DNA of 64,000 bases, taken from the NCBI GenBank assembly GCA_963678065.2, contig CAXXVZ010000003.1:2335562-2399561 (forward strand). Direction: 5' to 3'. How positions within the stretch are numbered: the first letter of the stretch is position 1; every line of letters begins with the position of its first letter. The notes beneath the pieces are model-generated. The model saw only the letters and a program-made list of their open reading frames with translations. It searched no databases and was not told the DNA's origin. This DNA is from Treponemataceae bacterium (GTDB lineage Bacteria; Spirochaetota; Spirochaetia; Treponematales; Rectinemataceae). This document shows, one piece after another, positions 38,982 to 49,127 of the stretch. The translations under genes and the position numbers were made by a program.

Positions 38982-40125
38982 TCAGACCGATTGTACCATC
39001 TTCAGCAAAGACACAAGGCCATGTGTATCAAAATAGCTATTGGGGAGGGCTCTCTTCATGTGCTTGGCGCCTGCATTCCACCACGAACCTCGTCCATTAC
39101 GAGCCGAGCACTTCGCAGTTTTCTCATCTAGACCAAGATTCATGAGAGCGAGATAGCGACGCCTCGGGCGTTTCCACTGTATCCAGAATAGACATCGGAG
39201 CTTTCGTCGGATCCAACTATCGAGTTTCTTGAATATCTCTCTCACTCCGGACAGCGTATAATATTGCCCCCATCCACGCAGAATCGGCGAAATCGCTGCG
39301 ATTGTACGAGCCAGCGAACGGCCTCGGCCCATTCTGAAGACCGCTTGCAGGGTCGTCTCCAGTCGTTCCACGGATTTCTCCGCTGGCTTTAATCGAGGTT
39401 TCCGCTCGCTTGTCATCGAGTATCCGAGGTACTTGAGATTCCACGGCCTGTCAATCACGCTCTTCTCGACATTCACCCGCAGCTTTAACTTTTCGGCCAA
39501 AAACCGCGTGATTGATGCCATGCCCCTGATCCCCGCCTTTTCACTCGCGACATAGATGTTACAGTCGTCCGCATAGCGACAAAAGGCATGCCCTCTGATT
39601 TCCAGTTCCTTGTCCAGATCATCGAGCATGATGTTTGACAGTAGAGGCGATAACGGACTCCCTTGCGGTGTCCCTTCCGTTTTCGCTGTTCCCATCCCGT
39701 CCACCATAATTCCTGCCTGGAGACACTGCCGAACCAGCTTCAATAGCCTCTTGTCCGATATTTTCCGCGCAATCCGCGCCATAAAGACATCATGCGAAAC
39801 CCGGTCGAAAAATTTCTCCAAATCGATGTCCACAACCCAGCGCCGCCCCTCTGCCACATAGTCTCGCGCCTTCTTCACCGCGTCGTGCGTGCTCCGACCG
39901 CGCCGGAACCCATAGCTATGCGGTGAGAAAACTCGGGGTCGAAGATCGGTTCGAGTGCCTGATGTATAGCCTGCTGGATGAGTCGATCCATGACCGTCGG
40001 TATGCCGAGTTGCCTCTTCCCTCCGTTCGGTTTTGGTATCTCTACCTTGCGAACCGCCCCAGGCTTGTATTCGCCTTCCAGGAGTTCTCCCTTGATGCGC
40101 GTCCAGTGTGTTTTGAGATAGCACC
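38982..40125 (-). pseudogene. ltrA: group II intron reverse transcriptase/maturase, 5'-truncated and frameshifted
   Basis: KRQLGIPTVMDRLIQQA, SYGFR, DLEKFFD, GTPQGSPLSPLL, RYADD; frameshift near 39925. Confidence 0.9.
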
Positions 40126-40129
40126 CAAG

Positions 40130-40330
40130 GTCTAGGAACTGATCACGATACGAGTTCATTTGCCGTTGCATCTATCCGGGGATGGTGGAGCCATGAAGGG
40201 AAACACCTGTACAGCAATGCCCGATACCTGGTCATAACCGCTGACAGCGGTGGCAGCAATGGATACCGTATCAGGCGATGGAAGTTCGAACTTCAGAAAC
40301 TTACGGATAAACTAGGAAATGGAACTATAC
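40130..40330 (+). pseudogene. ISAzo13-family transposase fragment
   Basis: HDTSSFAVASIRGWW...LVITADSGGSNGYRIRRWKFELQKL. Confidence 0.8.
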
Positions 40331-40410
40331 GATCAAGCCACGATAGTAGTATCGTATACGTTATTTTTTGACGAAGCCTTAGGATATACAAAGCCACGCC
40401 TACACGAGGG

Positions 40411-41784
40411 TCAGATCGTAGCCAACGCCGAGGTCGCCTGCCTCCATAGCTCCCAGAACGGGAAGGAGCGCGGCAGGCGCACGAGGATCCGCCGGGTCGA
40501 CACGATGACCGATGCGGCGACCTTCAGGAGATGGATCCGTATCGTCGAGGACTGGGACCGGGCATGATCGGTGCCGGCGAGTCCGACACGCCGGAGTTCG
40601 CACAGGAAGACGTAGGCGATGGACGAGAACCAGAGCCTGAGCTGGTTGGCTCGGAACATGTGCGAACTGGTACGATCAGCGAAGAGGAAGAGCTGCTGTT
40701 CTTTGATGCGGTTCTCCATCTCGCCACGGGCGCAGTAGAGATCCTCGTAGAGCTCCCGGGCAGGCCAGGTTCCGGGATCGAGGTTGGTGACGACAAAGCG
40801 GGGGTTTGAACCCTTGGAAAGATGCTCCGCCTTGGCGACCACCCGGCGCTCGCAGGCCCAGGTTTTCCGCGTCTCGTAACGCAGCTCCTTGAAGATGCGG
40901 GAGGCATGACCGGTCAAGCCATGGAGCTCGGCCGCGTCGTGGAGTTCCTTGCCGATGGCTCGTTGGAGCCGGCCGTTGCGGGCGAGCCCCAAAATAGAGA
41001 ACGTCGCGTCATGCGATTCACAGAAGGCCATGAGTGGATCGCGACAGAATCCCGAGTCGCCTCTGACGACGATACGGGTTTGTGGCCAGCGCGAGCGGAT
41101 GCGCTCGTGGAGGAACGCCATGAGCTCGACCACACCCCCTGCGCCGTCCTGATCAGCGGGCCTGAGGATCGCGGCAAGCAGGTGATGTCCCGAGAAGGCG
41201 TAGAGGGGGAGAAAACAGTATTCATCGTAGAAGCCGTGGAAGAAGCGGCCCTCTTGATCACCGTGGAGGGGGTCGTCGGTGGCGTCGAAATCGATGACGA
41301 TCTCGTCGGGCGCGATGGCATAGGAATCCAGGAAGGCATCGACGAAGAACTCCCTGATCTTTCCCTCGTCCCACTCGATGCGCTTGTAGCGATCCGTTTC
41401 GCTGGACTTCCCTCTCCCCAGTTCGAGCCGGTTCAAGGTGCTCTTACCGGCCAGCGGATCGGCGTCGCTATCGCGGCCGCAGACGATGCCGAGCAGGGGA
41501 TCGGTACGCCACAGGTCGTGGTCGTTAAGATCCTCATAGCCCTGACACAGGCCATAGACCCTCTGCGCGAGCAGATCCTTGATCGGATGCGTGATCAGAT
41601 CCTGACGGCGATGATCAAGAAAACAACGAGAAAATGAATCGAGGAACCCGCGGCGTCGCTCGATCTCCGCCAGCAGCAGAAGTCCCCCGTCGCTCGAACT
41701 GTCCCGATCATCCCTGGCGACCTCCACATGCCGTCGCCGCCCGCCTTGAATCCCAAGCTCGAATTGGATACAGTCTGTATTCAT
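40411..41784 (-). CDS. IS1380-family transposase
   Basis: SSDGGLLLL, GYEDLNDH, DFDATDDPLHGDQEG, RGDSGF, YCARGEMENRIKEQ; IS1380-like end at about 41863-41878. Confidence 0.92.
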   Translation of the reverse strand: MNTDCIQFELGIQGGRRRHVEVARDDRDSSSDGGLLLLAEIERRRGFLDSFSRCFLDHRRQDLITHPIKDLLAQRVYGLCQGYEDLNDHDLWRTDPLLGIVCGRDSDADPLAGKSTLNRLELGRGKSSETDRYKRIEWDEGKIREFFVDAFLDSYAIAPDEIVIDFDATDDPLHGDQEGRFFHGFYDEYCFLPLYAFSGHHLLAAILRPADQDGAGGVVELMAFLHERIRSRWPQTRIVVRGDSGFCRDPLMAFCESHDATFSILGLARNGRLQRAIGKELHDAAELHGLTGHASRIFKELRYETRKTWACERRVVAKAEHLSKGSNPRFVVTNLDPGTWPARELYEDLYCARGEMENRIKEQQLFLFADRTSSHMFRANQLRLWFSSIAYVFLCELRRVGLAGTDHARSQSSTIRIHLLKVAASVIVSTRRILVRLPRSFPFWELWRQATSALATI

Positions 41785-42134
41785 ACAGGGGTTTCCTTTC
41801 GTGTCCTCATTTGTTTGTGGTTAAACAGATTATACACGAAAAATGGAAACTCCTGTATTTATTGGTGAGAAATCCGGGCTAGAAACCCCAAAACGCTGTC
41901 TTCGAGTGGCTACGCCAACTCTGAAATAGGATAATCATGGGGAAATACTGATAAAATGAACTGAAAAGGCATATTTCTACAAATATCGCTTCCACTTTAT
42001 GATCTCGGAAAAGTTTGATTCTGCCGGTGCGCGCGACCTCATCAATGACCGGTGTATACATTCAATTAAGTTTGTTTTTTTTAGGGGGTAGTGGTCCCCC
42101 TTTCCCCATGATTTTCCCTTCAACCACAACCTAC

Positions 42135-42458
42135 TCACTCGTTCATGCTTTTCTTTCGGGATTGTCGTGTTCGAATGCGTTTCGTCACAAGTGCGGGATT
42201 GATCCACTGAGGCCAGAGTTTTTGCTCCCTGACTTCGAGATACAGGTCAAAGTTGATGAGTGCATTCTCCCGCTCGATTCGAGTCGTCCTTGCAAGGGGA
42301 AGAAGCAGTCCCCAGGTCACCCGGAGGTTTTCTTCTGTCCGGTTCGAACGGTAGATCCAGTACAGTTCATGCAAGGATTCTATCTGTGTCTTCCCGTAAT
42401 CACTCACGATATAGTCCCCTTTTCGCATGCGTATGCTATCCGGAAACCCACTCTGCAT
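42135..42458 (-). CDS. hypothetical protein
   Basis: ORF downstream of dnaB on the same strand. Confidence 0.35.
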   Translation of the reverse strand: MQSGFPDSIRMRKGDYIVSDYGKTQIESLHELYWIYRSNRTEENLRVTWGLLLPLARTTRIERENALINFDLYLEVREQKLWPQWINPALVTKRIRTRQSRKKSMNE

Positions 42459-42478
42459 GTGTCAGGTTGGCATTTCCG

Positions 42479-43786
42479 TCATGTATGGGGATGCTTCCCC
42501 GGCTGAGATGACGAATCAAAGTTGAAGGTTTCATTCTGAATCTCGCGGAACCGCATATGGGCAGGTTTGAATACCGACTCGATCATCCCGGTCGACCCGT
42601 TTCTGTTCTTCTCGACAAGCAACTCCACTTTCACGGCAGATTTTGCGTCATCGCCCCAGTCAGTCCGATGGAGAAGAATCACGATATCCGCATCCTGCTC
42701 GAGGGCTCCGGATTCCCTGAGTTTGGCGAGTGTTGGACGGACTCCTTCGGTATCCCGCGTCAATTGCGATAGGACCACGACGGGCACATCGAGTTCACGC
42801 GCCAAACCTTTCAGGATTCTGGATATCTCAGCGACCTGCTCATGACGAGGAATATCCCGCCGTTCGCTCGTGATCAAGCTCATGTAGTCGATCATGATGA
42901 TATCGATCTTCTCAGCCCGACGCATGGCACGGGCGCTAGCAACAAGTTCTCGTACCGGGATGTTGGGTTGATCGTTTATGAAAAGCTTACGAGCTGCAAT
43001 GTCCTGGCATGCTGTCATCATTTTGGTAAGATCGTCTCGAGATAAGAGTCCGGATCTGAATTTCGTAGCATCGATGGTTGCCCAGTCAGCTACCATGCGC
43101 GCGATGATCTGTGGTGCGCCTGTTTCGGCTGAGAAGATGCCGACGGCCTTTTTTGCTCTGAGTACAGCCGAAGCCATGTTCAGCATGATGCTCGTCTTTC
43201 CTGTCGATGGACGTGCGCCGATGATGATCATATCGCCTGATTGAAAACCATCGGTCATACGGTCGAGTGCGGTGAACCCTGTCGGTATGCCGGCGAGTGC
43301 TCCCTTTCTGCGAACGGCATCTTCAACCTTTGCTATGAACTCTGGCATACACTCTACAATCGGCCGATACAGGCGAGTTGCTCCGTGAATAGCCAATTCC
43401 GTTGTCGTACGGGAAAGCTCATCAAGAATCTCATACGAATCCCTCCCCTTTGCCACATCCTCTGCAATCGTGCGGGCGAGCTTTGCCAGGGATCTTTGTT
43501 TGGTGAGTTCCTCAAGCTCGTTGACGTAATACGCAACGTTCGCTATAGATGCGGCCATATCGGTAAGGCGTGCAACAAAGGCGGCATTATTGGAGCGTAA
43601 CCCGATCTCGTGGATGTTGACCGGCGCCCCGGAGGCTCGCGCCTCTTCGATGAGTCGGAACACTGCATTCGACTCTGGTGATTCGAACAGCTCTCTCGTG
43701 ACCTTGTACTCATCGAGTATTCGGGGGTCCCGGAGAATAGTACCGAGCAAAACCTGCTCATAGTCGGGATTCGACAGCGGCTTCAT
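42479..43786 (-). CDS. dnaB: element-borne replicative DNA helicase
   Basis: GIPTGFTALD, GARPSTGKT, IDYMSL, LSQLTR, LRESGALEQDAD, KNRNG. Confidence 0.92.
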   Translation of the reverse strand: MKPLSNPDYEQVLLGTILRDPRILDEYKVTRELFESPESNAVFRLIEEARASGAPVNIHEIGLRSNNAAFVARLTDMAASIANVAYYVNELEELTKQRSLAKLARTIAEDVAKGRDSYEILDELSRTTTELAIHGATRLYRPIVECMPEFIAKVEDAVRRKGALAGIPTGFTALDRMTDGFQSGDMIIIGARPSTGKTSIMLNMASAVLRAKKAVGIFSAETGAPQIIARMVADWATIDATKFRSGLLSRDDLTKMMTACQDIAARKLFINDQPNIPVRELVASARAMRRAEKIDIIMIDYMSLITSERRDIPRHEQVAEISRILKGLARELDVPVVVLSQLTRDTEGVRPTLAKLRESGALEQDADIVILLHRTDWGDDAKSAVKVELLVEKNRNGSTGMIESVFKPAHMRFREIQNETFNFDSSSQPGKHPHT

Positions 43787-44739
43787 GCTTCGGCCTCCGC
43801 CGCCTGCGTGTATTGCGGACAATGAGGGTTTCGGCAATAGGCATCATGCAGTGCGAAGTGCTCCCCACATTCCGGACAGATTTGAAGCGGTCTTTGATTC
43901 AAGACGGCTTCGCGTCGGTGCGTGGCGGCTTCGGTTTCAACACGATCGAGGAGGGCAAGGAGACTCGAAGCTGTTGGTGGCTGTTTTCTCCAGAATGGTT
44001 CTTTCCCGCCCCGGAGTCTGAGGAATGTATCAACGATCCAGGGAAGATCATCGAGGCGATCTGCATAGGCCTCGACAAGCGACCGGAGTGCCCTCCCTTG
44101 TCGTGGATGGGTCCAGGTGATTCCTTCGGCCTTCGCAACCTCCTTCAGTCGTGTTTCTATCGCGTGATAGCCAGTGAGTTGAATGGGTGATAAAGCCTCC
44201 GGTTTCCCCTTCGGTGTCCTCTTCGGTCGTGTCGGTTTCGAGAACACCAGCGAAGCTGGAGTATCTTTATCTGTTCTATGATCTAGTTCGGGGGCATTTG
44301 GTTCCCTACCCAGGAGAATCATATTCCCTACATAGGGAATTGTATTCTCTACCAGTAGGGCATGTGGTTCCCTACTGTGATGAATCATTTTCCCCACATA
44401 GGGAACTGTATTCTCTACCTGCTGAGCATGTGGCTCGCAGCCTAGAGAACCAGATTCCCTAGGTACAATCCGGTAAAAGGTCGATGTCGGCTCCTGGGAA
44501 TTGTCTTTGAATCGTTTGGTGCGTTCGATACGATTCTTGCCCTCAAGGCTCCGCAGCGAGAGCATGATGCACCGTCGGGTCAGGTGGGCTCGTTCGGCGA
44601 TTCGGTCGAGGGAGGGCCAACATTCTCCTGCATCATTTGCGAATGCATACAAAGAGCAGAGCGTGAGGAGCTCGGATGATGACAGCGATGCGTCATCAAG
44701 GACTGCAAGCGGAATCCGGGCGAATGGTTCGGCCGTCAT
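43783..44739 (-). CDS. HTH replication initiator (phage O-like)
   Basis: ECWPSLDRIAERAHLTRR (HTH_36 pattern); internal repeats; coupled to dnaB. Confidence 0.75.
   Translation of the reverse strand: MTAEPFARIPLAVLDDASLSSSELLTLCSLYAFANDAGECWPSLDRIAERAHLTRRCIMLSLRSLEGKNRIERTKRFKDNSQEPTSTFYRIVPRESGSLGCEPHAQQVENTVPYVGKMIHHSREPHALLVENTIPYVGNMILLGREPNAPELDHRTDKDTPASLVFSKPTRPKRTPKGKPEALSPIQLTGYHAIETRLKEVAKAEGITWTHPRQGRALRSLVEAYADRLDDLPWIVDTFLRLRGGKEPFWRKQPPTASSLLALLDRVETEAATHRREAVLNQRPLQICPECGEHFALHDAYCRNPHCPQYTQAAEAEA
44292..44441. repeat. about 2.3 copies of a 66-bp tandem repeat inside the initiator gene
   Basis: G(G/A)GCAT(T/G)TGG(T/C)TC at 44292, 44358 and 44424. Confidence 0.8.
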
Positions 44740-44908
44740 GCAGCCCCCCTTCCCCGTCTTTCCGGATTGCGCGCCTCGCGGTCTGCCTTTAGAAAATCGC
44801 GAAGCGCCTGGACTGCATCGGGAGCGGCAAGGATCTCGGTGACCGGTTTCCGGAAAAGATGCTGGAGGAGGCTGGAGAGCCCCTCCGACGACATGGGGGG
44901 ATCTGCGA

Positions 44909-45298
44909 TCATGCGTTACCCCCTGTCATCTTCCAGAAGCGCCGCATGGCAAGGGTTTTGAGAATCAGACCGTCGATATCAGGGAGGTTCTGCCAACCTT
45001 CTCCCAGTTCGTGAACCAGAATCGCATCGAGTTCACGCGGTTCAAAGAAATCTGCAGTCGGACGATGCTGAACCTTGTCGCGGATAGCGCAATACACGTC
45101 AGCCCCGGAAAACACAATCAGTAATGCCGGATTTTCAGATGCCCTGCGGATCTCGGCATGCACGGTTTGCGGTGGTTCAGTCGAGTATTGCCACATAGAA
45201 GCATCTCTGGTATTCTTTCCCTGTACAAGTCTTATTCGATCGTGTGTACCCTGCCCGGCTGATTCCCGGCGCAGGGTTCTTTTTTGCCCAGCCCTCAT
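44909..45298 (-). CDS. hypothetical protein
   Basis: Coupled ORF in the xis-rep operon; start uncertain. Confidence 0.5.
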   Translation of the reverse strand: MRAGQKRTLRRESAGQGTHDRIRLVQGKNTRDASMWQYSTEPPQTVHAEIRRASENPALLIVFSGADVYCAIRDKVQHRPTADFFEPRELDAILVHELGEGWQNLPDIDGLILKTLAMRRFWKMTGGNA

Positions 45299-45519
45299 GT
45301 GCCGGACTCAGCTTTGATCGACTCAGTGCGCGTTCGTCGGATGCCTGTTATCCGTCGTTCATGGACAACAAGCTCGAACCCTACTGTTCCGAAGGAAGGA
45401 AGCTCATCAACAAGCCGTTCGACTTCTTCCTGGATGATGCCGTGATTTGTCTGCCTGAGTGCCCCGGATACGGAAATACGATCAAGAGAGTCTGCCCGTT
45501 TCGGTTCTAGGGTGTTCAT
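45295..45519 (-). CDS. small hypothetical protein (DUF2292-like fold by pattern)
   Basis: LPSFGTVGFELVVHERRITGI, similar to 9859-10041. Confidence 0.55.
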   Translation of the reverse strand: MNTLEPKRADSLDRISVSGALRQTNHGIIQEEVERLVDELPSFGTVGFELVVHERRITGIRRTRTESIKAESGT

Positions 45520-45746
45520 ATGTGAACCCCTTCCGTCGACGATCTTTCGACGAGTTCTTCCACCCATGACGCGGGTATGAGGACAGCTGCATCTAGCTTG
45601 ATGTGGGGAATCCGGCCTTCCCGATACATTCGGTCAAACGTCGCGAGACTAATACCCAGTAAGCGGCAGACTTCCCGCTTGCGAAGGAATTTCCGGGCTT
45701 CAGGCACATACCCTGTGCCGTGGGGGATCATTTGGTTCTCTCTCAT
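45516..45746 (-). CDS. excisionase-like HTH protein
   Basis: LRKREVCRLLGISLATFDRMYREGRIPHIKL. Confidence 0.8.
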   Translation of the reverse strand: MRENQMIPHGTGYVPEARKFLRKREVCRLLGISLATFDRMYREGRIPHIKLDAAVLIPASWVEELVERSSTEGVHI

Positions 45747-45814
45747 ATCTTTAAATAGTCATCGAGTTCATGCGTGTTCTTCGCGTAGCATGATGAAAAT
45801 TAAAAACTCGATAC

Positions 45815-46021
45815 TCATACTGCAACGCTCCCGGCACGGGCATGCTTCTCGATATCCTGAATCCAGGAACGGGGAATGAAGACTCTACCGTCGAGTTTTG
45901 CATGAGGGATTCGGCCAGCCTTTAAGAGACGGGCAAAAGTAGTTCTAGAAATCCCGAGTGCGATACATGTTTCTCTGGTTGAAAAAAACAGGGGGGGCGT
46001 GCTTTCTACGTCTGTATTCAT
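45815..46021 (-). CDS. excisionase-like HTH protein (paralog)
   Basis: FSTRETCIALGISRTTFARLLKAGRIPHAKL. Confidence 0.8.
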   Translation of the reverse strand: MNTDVESTPPLFFSTRETCIALGISRTTFARLLKAGRIPHAKLDGRVFIPRSWIQDIEKHARAGSVAV

Positions 46022-46286
46022 TGGTGCTCCTTAAGAAAAAACCTCTAGTGGATTTTTTCCAGAGCACCCAAAATCATGGTGCAATAGAGTGATGAGTTGC
46101 GCAACCCCCCTTCAACAAGGGAGTATGCAAGTACTCCGCACCTTTTTGTATTATTCTTGGTTCTGTATAGAGTCTATAATATTCTATGTTGCCTATAGCA
46201 TAAAAAGCATCAACAAAAGTAATATCATAGTCATAAATCGCAAGAAAAAATCGTAGCATTTTGTACTTTTTTTCGCGGTAATGCTT

Positions 46287-47652
46287 TCAAAGTACAGCCT
46301 TTCTAGGTTCAAACTTCGTAAACGATAGGACATTCCCGAATGCTTCTCGTGCGGCCTGTCCAACCTGGTCGAAGTCCCCTGCTCGTGCGTGTGCGGCATA
46401 TGCTTCAAAAACCGATTCCGTCTTGTGACCTGTGGCTAGCATAATCTTCCTGGCGTCAATGAGGTCAGCCATACGTGCGGAATAGAAATGCCTCCAACTG
46501 TGAAAACACAGCCCCCTCGTCTTCCATTCAGTTGCCGCCTTCTCTCGGTCCTTTTCTGTACCTTCCGGGGCGTCTTCAGTGCTTGCCTTCATACGGATGA
46601 ATGCCTCGCTAAGTGGATCGAGAAGGCGTTTGATATCCATCGGGCGATCCGGCTTTGTAGAGTAGAAAATGAAACCCTGTGGTCCGTGTGGATTCTTCGC
46701 AGCGAGGTCAAGGAGGTGAGTCCGAACCTCAGAGAGTAGCGGAACCTCTTTCTTCGTTGGTTTTAGGATTTTTCAACCCATCTTTTATCGACCACGCATG
46801 ATGGACAAAAAGGCGATCCTTGCCGATGTCCTCAACGCGAAGGGCAAGAATCTCTCCAGCACGAAGTCCGGTCGTTGCAGCAATAAGGTTCCCGACATAG
46901 GATCGTTCATCTTCCCATTGATCAGCGAATAGTGTAGATACTTCGTCAGGTTCGAGGACTCCCCTCTTCACGCCTGCCCCGGAGAACCGGCGCAATCCCT
47001 CGGCAGGATTCGCGGCTATCAGTTCGTTTTCATGCGCCCATGCAAGCGGGATAGTCCCTACGTCAAGAATGCGGTTGATCGAGGCGGGTTTCAGCCCTTT
47101 CTTGGCAATCTTTGCGGAGAAAGCTTTCAAGTCTGTCTTCGTAATCTCAGCGAGTGTTTTACCGACAAAGAATGGTCTCCAATTCAGATTCAGCCGGCAC
47201 GTCATGTCATAGCAACGGCGTCTGCCTATCCTCTGTCCATGTGCGAGCTTTTCAGCGACATACTCAGACCGGTCGTAGTCCCAAAATTGGGCAAGGAAGG
47301 CGAGAAAGTCCTGATCTCCCGGACCTTTCTGGACGGCAGCGACTTGAACGAGACCACGACCCCGGAGAATGTCCACGATTCGGGCTGCTTCCTCCGGCGT
47401 CAAGTCAGCACTCCGGGCGGATTCTAGGACAGAGGCGGCAGTAAAGATCGTTTCGAGTTTACGGCGGGTGCCTGTCCTGCTTTGCGGTACTCCGTCACGT
47501 ATCCATTCAGACACGGTAAGCAAGGCTGTGTTCCGGTCTGTTGTACCGGTGGACTTCGGAGAGGACCATTCGCGAGTGACAGGATTCTTGAACTGGACAT
47601 AAAAGAGGCTGCTTCGACGGTGGAGGGAATAAGGTGCGGATTCCGTGCGCAT
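46287..47652 (-). pseudogene. tyrosine integrase of the tRNA-Lys element, frameshifted
   Basis: TGLRAGE...PKTNEER then a frame change near 46748 to EVPLL...FHSWRH...TGH..Y. Confidence 0.88.
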
Positions 47653-47761
47653 TGCGTTCCTTCCGGTTCTATCTCATAGAACCGTCTCATACCGTGAGAT
47701 GGAACACATGCGCCGGTTTTCCGGTAGCCGTGTAATTTGTTCTCTTAAAAGACTTTATTCT

Positions 47762-47834
47762 TGAGCCGCACAAGATTCGAACTTGTGACCCACGCCTTAA
47801 AAGGGCGTTGCTCTACCTACTGAGCTAGCGGCCC
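47762..47834 (-). tRNA. tRNA-Lys(TTT)
   Basis: GGGCCGCTAGCTCAGTAGGTAGAGCAACGCCCTTTTAAGGCGTGGGTCACAAGTTCGAATCTTGTGCGGCTCA. Confidence 0.97.
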
Positions 47835-47976
47835 GAGAGAAAAACAATACCCTGACCGCCTCTCGAGTGTCAAGAACAGAGCGCGCCTCAAGGGAAACAA
47901 GGCAGAAAACGCATGCAGAAATGCGCTGAAACGAGAACGGCTGGTCGCTCTCGTTTCAGCGCCACCGATCGGGTGG

Positions 47977-49116
47977 TTATAGACGGATGGCTGCCTGGAT
48001 GGCGACGCCCGAGCGGGGGTTGTCGCCGGCGAGGATGCCAAGTTCTTCGGTGAAGAAGGCCGCGTCGAGTTCGAGAATGATGAGATCGAGACCTGCTCCG
48101 ACTGAGAAATAGCCTGAGTTGACTCCACCGCGCAGAGTGACAAAATTGAGGAGCTTGAGATCGGCTCCCGCGTGGAGTTTCGTGAAGGGCGATTTTCCGT
48201 CCTGTATCACGGCGACGATATCCTTCATCTCGACGTACACATTCGTCTCGATCACTCTGGGGATCAGTTTCAGGCTGAGTCCGGTTCCGGCGGTGACTTG
48301 GGGAGTGAGAGTCGAATTGGTCGTGAAGGAGGGCAAAATACCGTCGATCAGTTGGCCGACCGTGGATGTTCCGGTCTTGAAGGTCGGAGCTATGTCGCGC
48401 ACCGATACGCCGAACATGAGGGGGCCGACTGTCAGCATCCCGCCGAAGTCCATGGCAAGGCCGTAACCGCTCGTTACGTTCTGGCTCCTGAGTGCTGCTA
48501 TGACATCGCCGCCGTCCCCTATAAGGGGGGTGAGAATGTCGTTGAACGTCCACCCTGAACCAACGGAATCAATCCTGAAGAAGGGGCGCACATCGCCGCC
48601 GACTTGAAGCTTGACGTTTTCCCCGTTGATGAGAGGGATGCCGAGCCCAAGGACCGCGTTGGCGGAATTGCTGCTTATCACCTTGCTGCCGAGGAGGGTC
48701 GATCCATAGATGTATTGGTCGGAAATAAGGAAGGCGCCGAGGGCGAATCCTTTCCCGGCCCATCCGAGGCCCGCGGAGGTACCGCCGCCGAATCCGTTTG
48801 AGGTGATGAAGTCGCTGAGAGTCGAACGGATTTCCGATGAGGACGCGCTGCCGTCGACGATTCTCTGTGCCTTGGCGATGTTGCTCTGGGTAGGTTTGAC
48901 ATAGAGCCAACTGGCATCGTCGATCACCGTAAATGATCCCGCCCCGGCAAAACCCGCGGGGTTTCCGAAAAAGGACGAATATCCGGAAGAGAAGGCGGAG
49001 AAGGTTCCGCCCATGCCCATGGAGCGGGCATCCTTGGCGGATAGGGTGGACATTTGGCCGAACGCCAATCCGCCGGCCACCATCAGAACCAGCGTTACCG
49101 CAATTGCTTTTTTCAT
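47977..49116 (-). CDS. putative outer-membrane beta-barrel protein (TraF/FadL-like pattern)
   Basis: Signal peptide; ARSMGMGG..FFGNPAG; C-terminal LRGGVNSGYFSVGAG strands. Confidence 0.65.
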   Translation of the reverse strand: MKKAIAVTLVLMVAGGLAFGQMSTLSAKDARSMGMGGTFSAFSSGYSSFFGNPAGFAGAGSFTVIDDASWLYVKPTQSNIAKAQRIVDGSASSSEIRSTLSDFITSNGFGGGTSAGLGWAGKGFALGAFLISDQYIYGSTLLGSKVISSNSANAVLGLGIPLINGENVKLQVGGDVRPFFRIDSVGSGWTFNDILTPLIGDGGDVIAALRSQNVTSGYGLAMDFGGMLTVGPLMFGVSVRDIAPTFKTGTSTVGQLIDGILPSFTTNSTLTPQVTAGTGLSLKLIPRVIETNVYVEMKDIVAVIQDGKSPFTKLHAGADLKLLNFVTLRGGVNSGYFSVGAGLDLIILELDAAFFTEELGILAGDNPRSGVAIQAAIRL

Positions 49117-49127
49117 TGCCTCACTCC

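Larger units (their letters stand above)
21496..47803. mobile_element. 26.2-kb integrative element at tRNA-Lys
   Basis: 64-bp direct repeats; int-xis-rep-dnaB module at the tRNA end; cargo at the distal end. Confidence 0.88.

Noticed and set aside
38982..40125. Retron or DGR reverse transcriptase partnering the ATPase/HNH pair or the Calx-beta repeats
   Set aside because: The RT has group II intron motifs and is followed by DV/DVI; the repeats show no adenine-specific variation; no msr/msd was seen.
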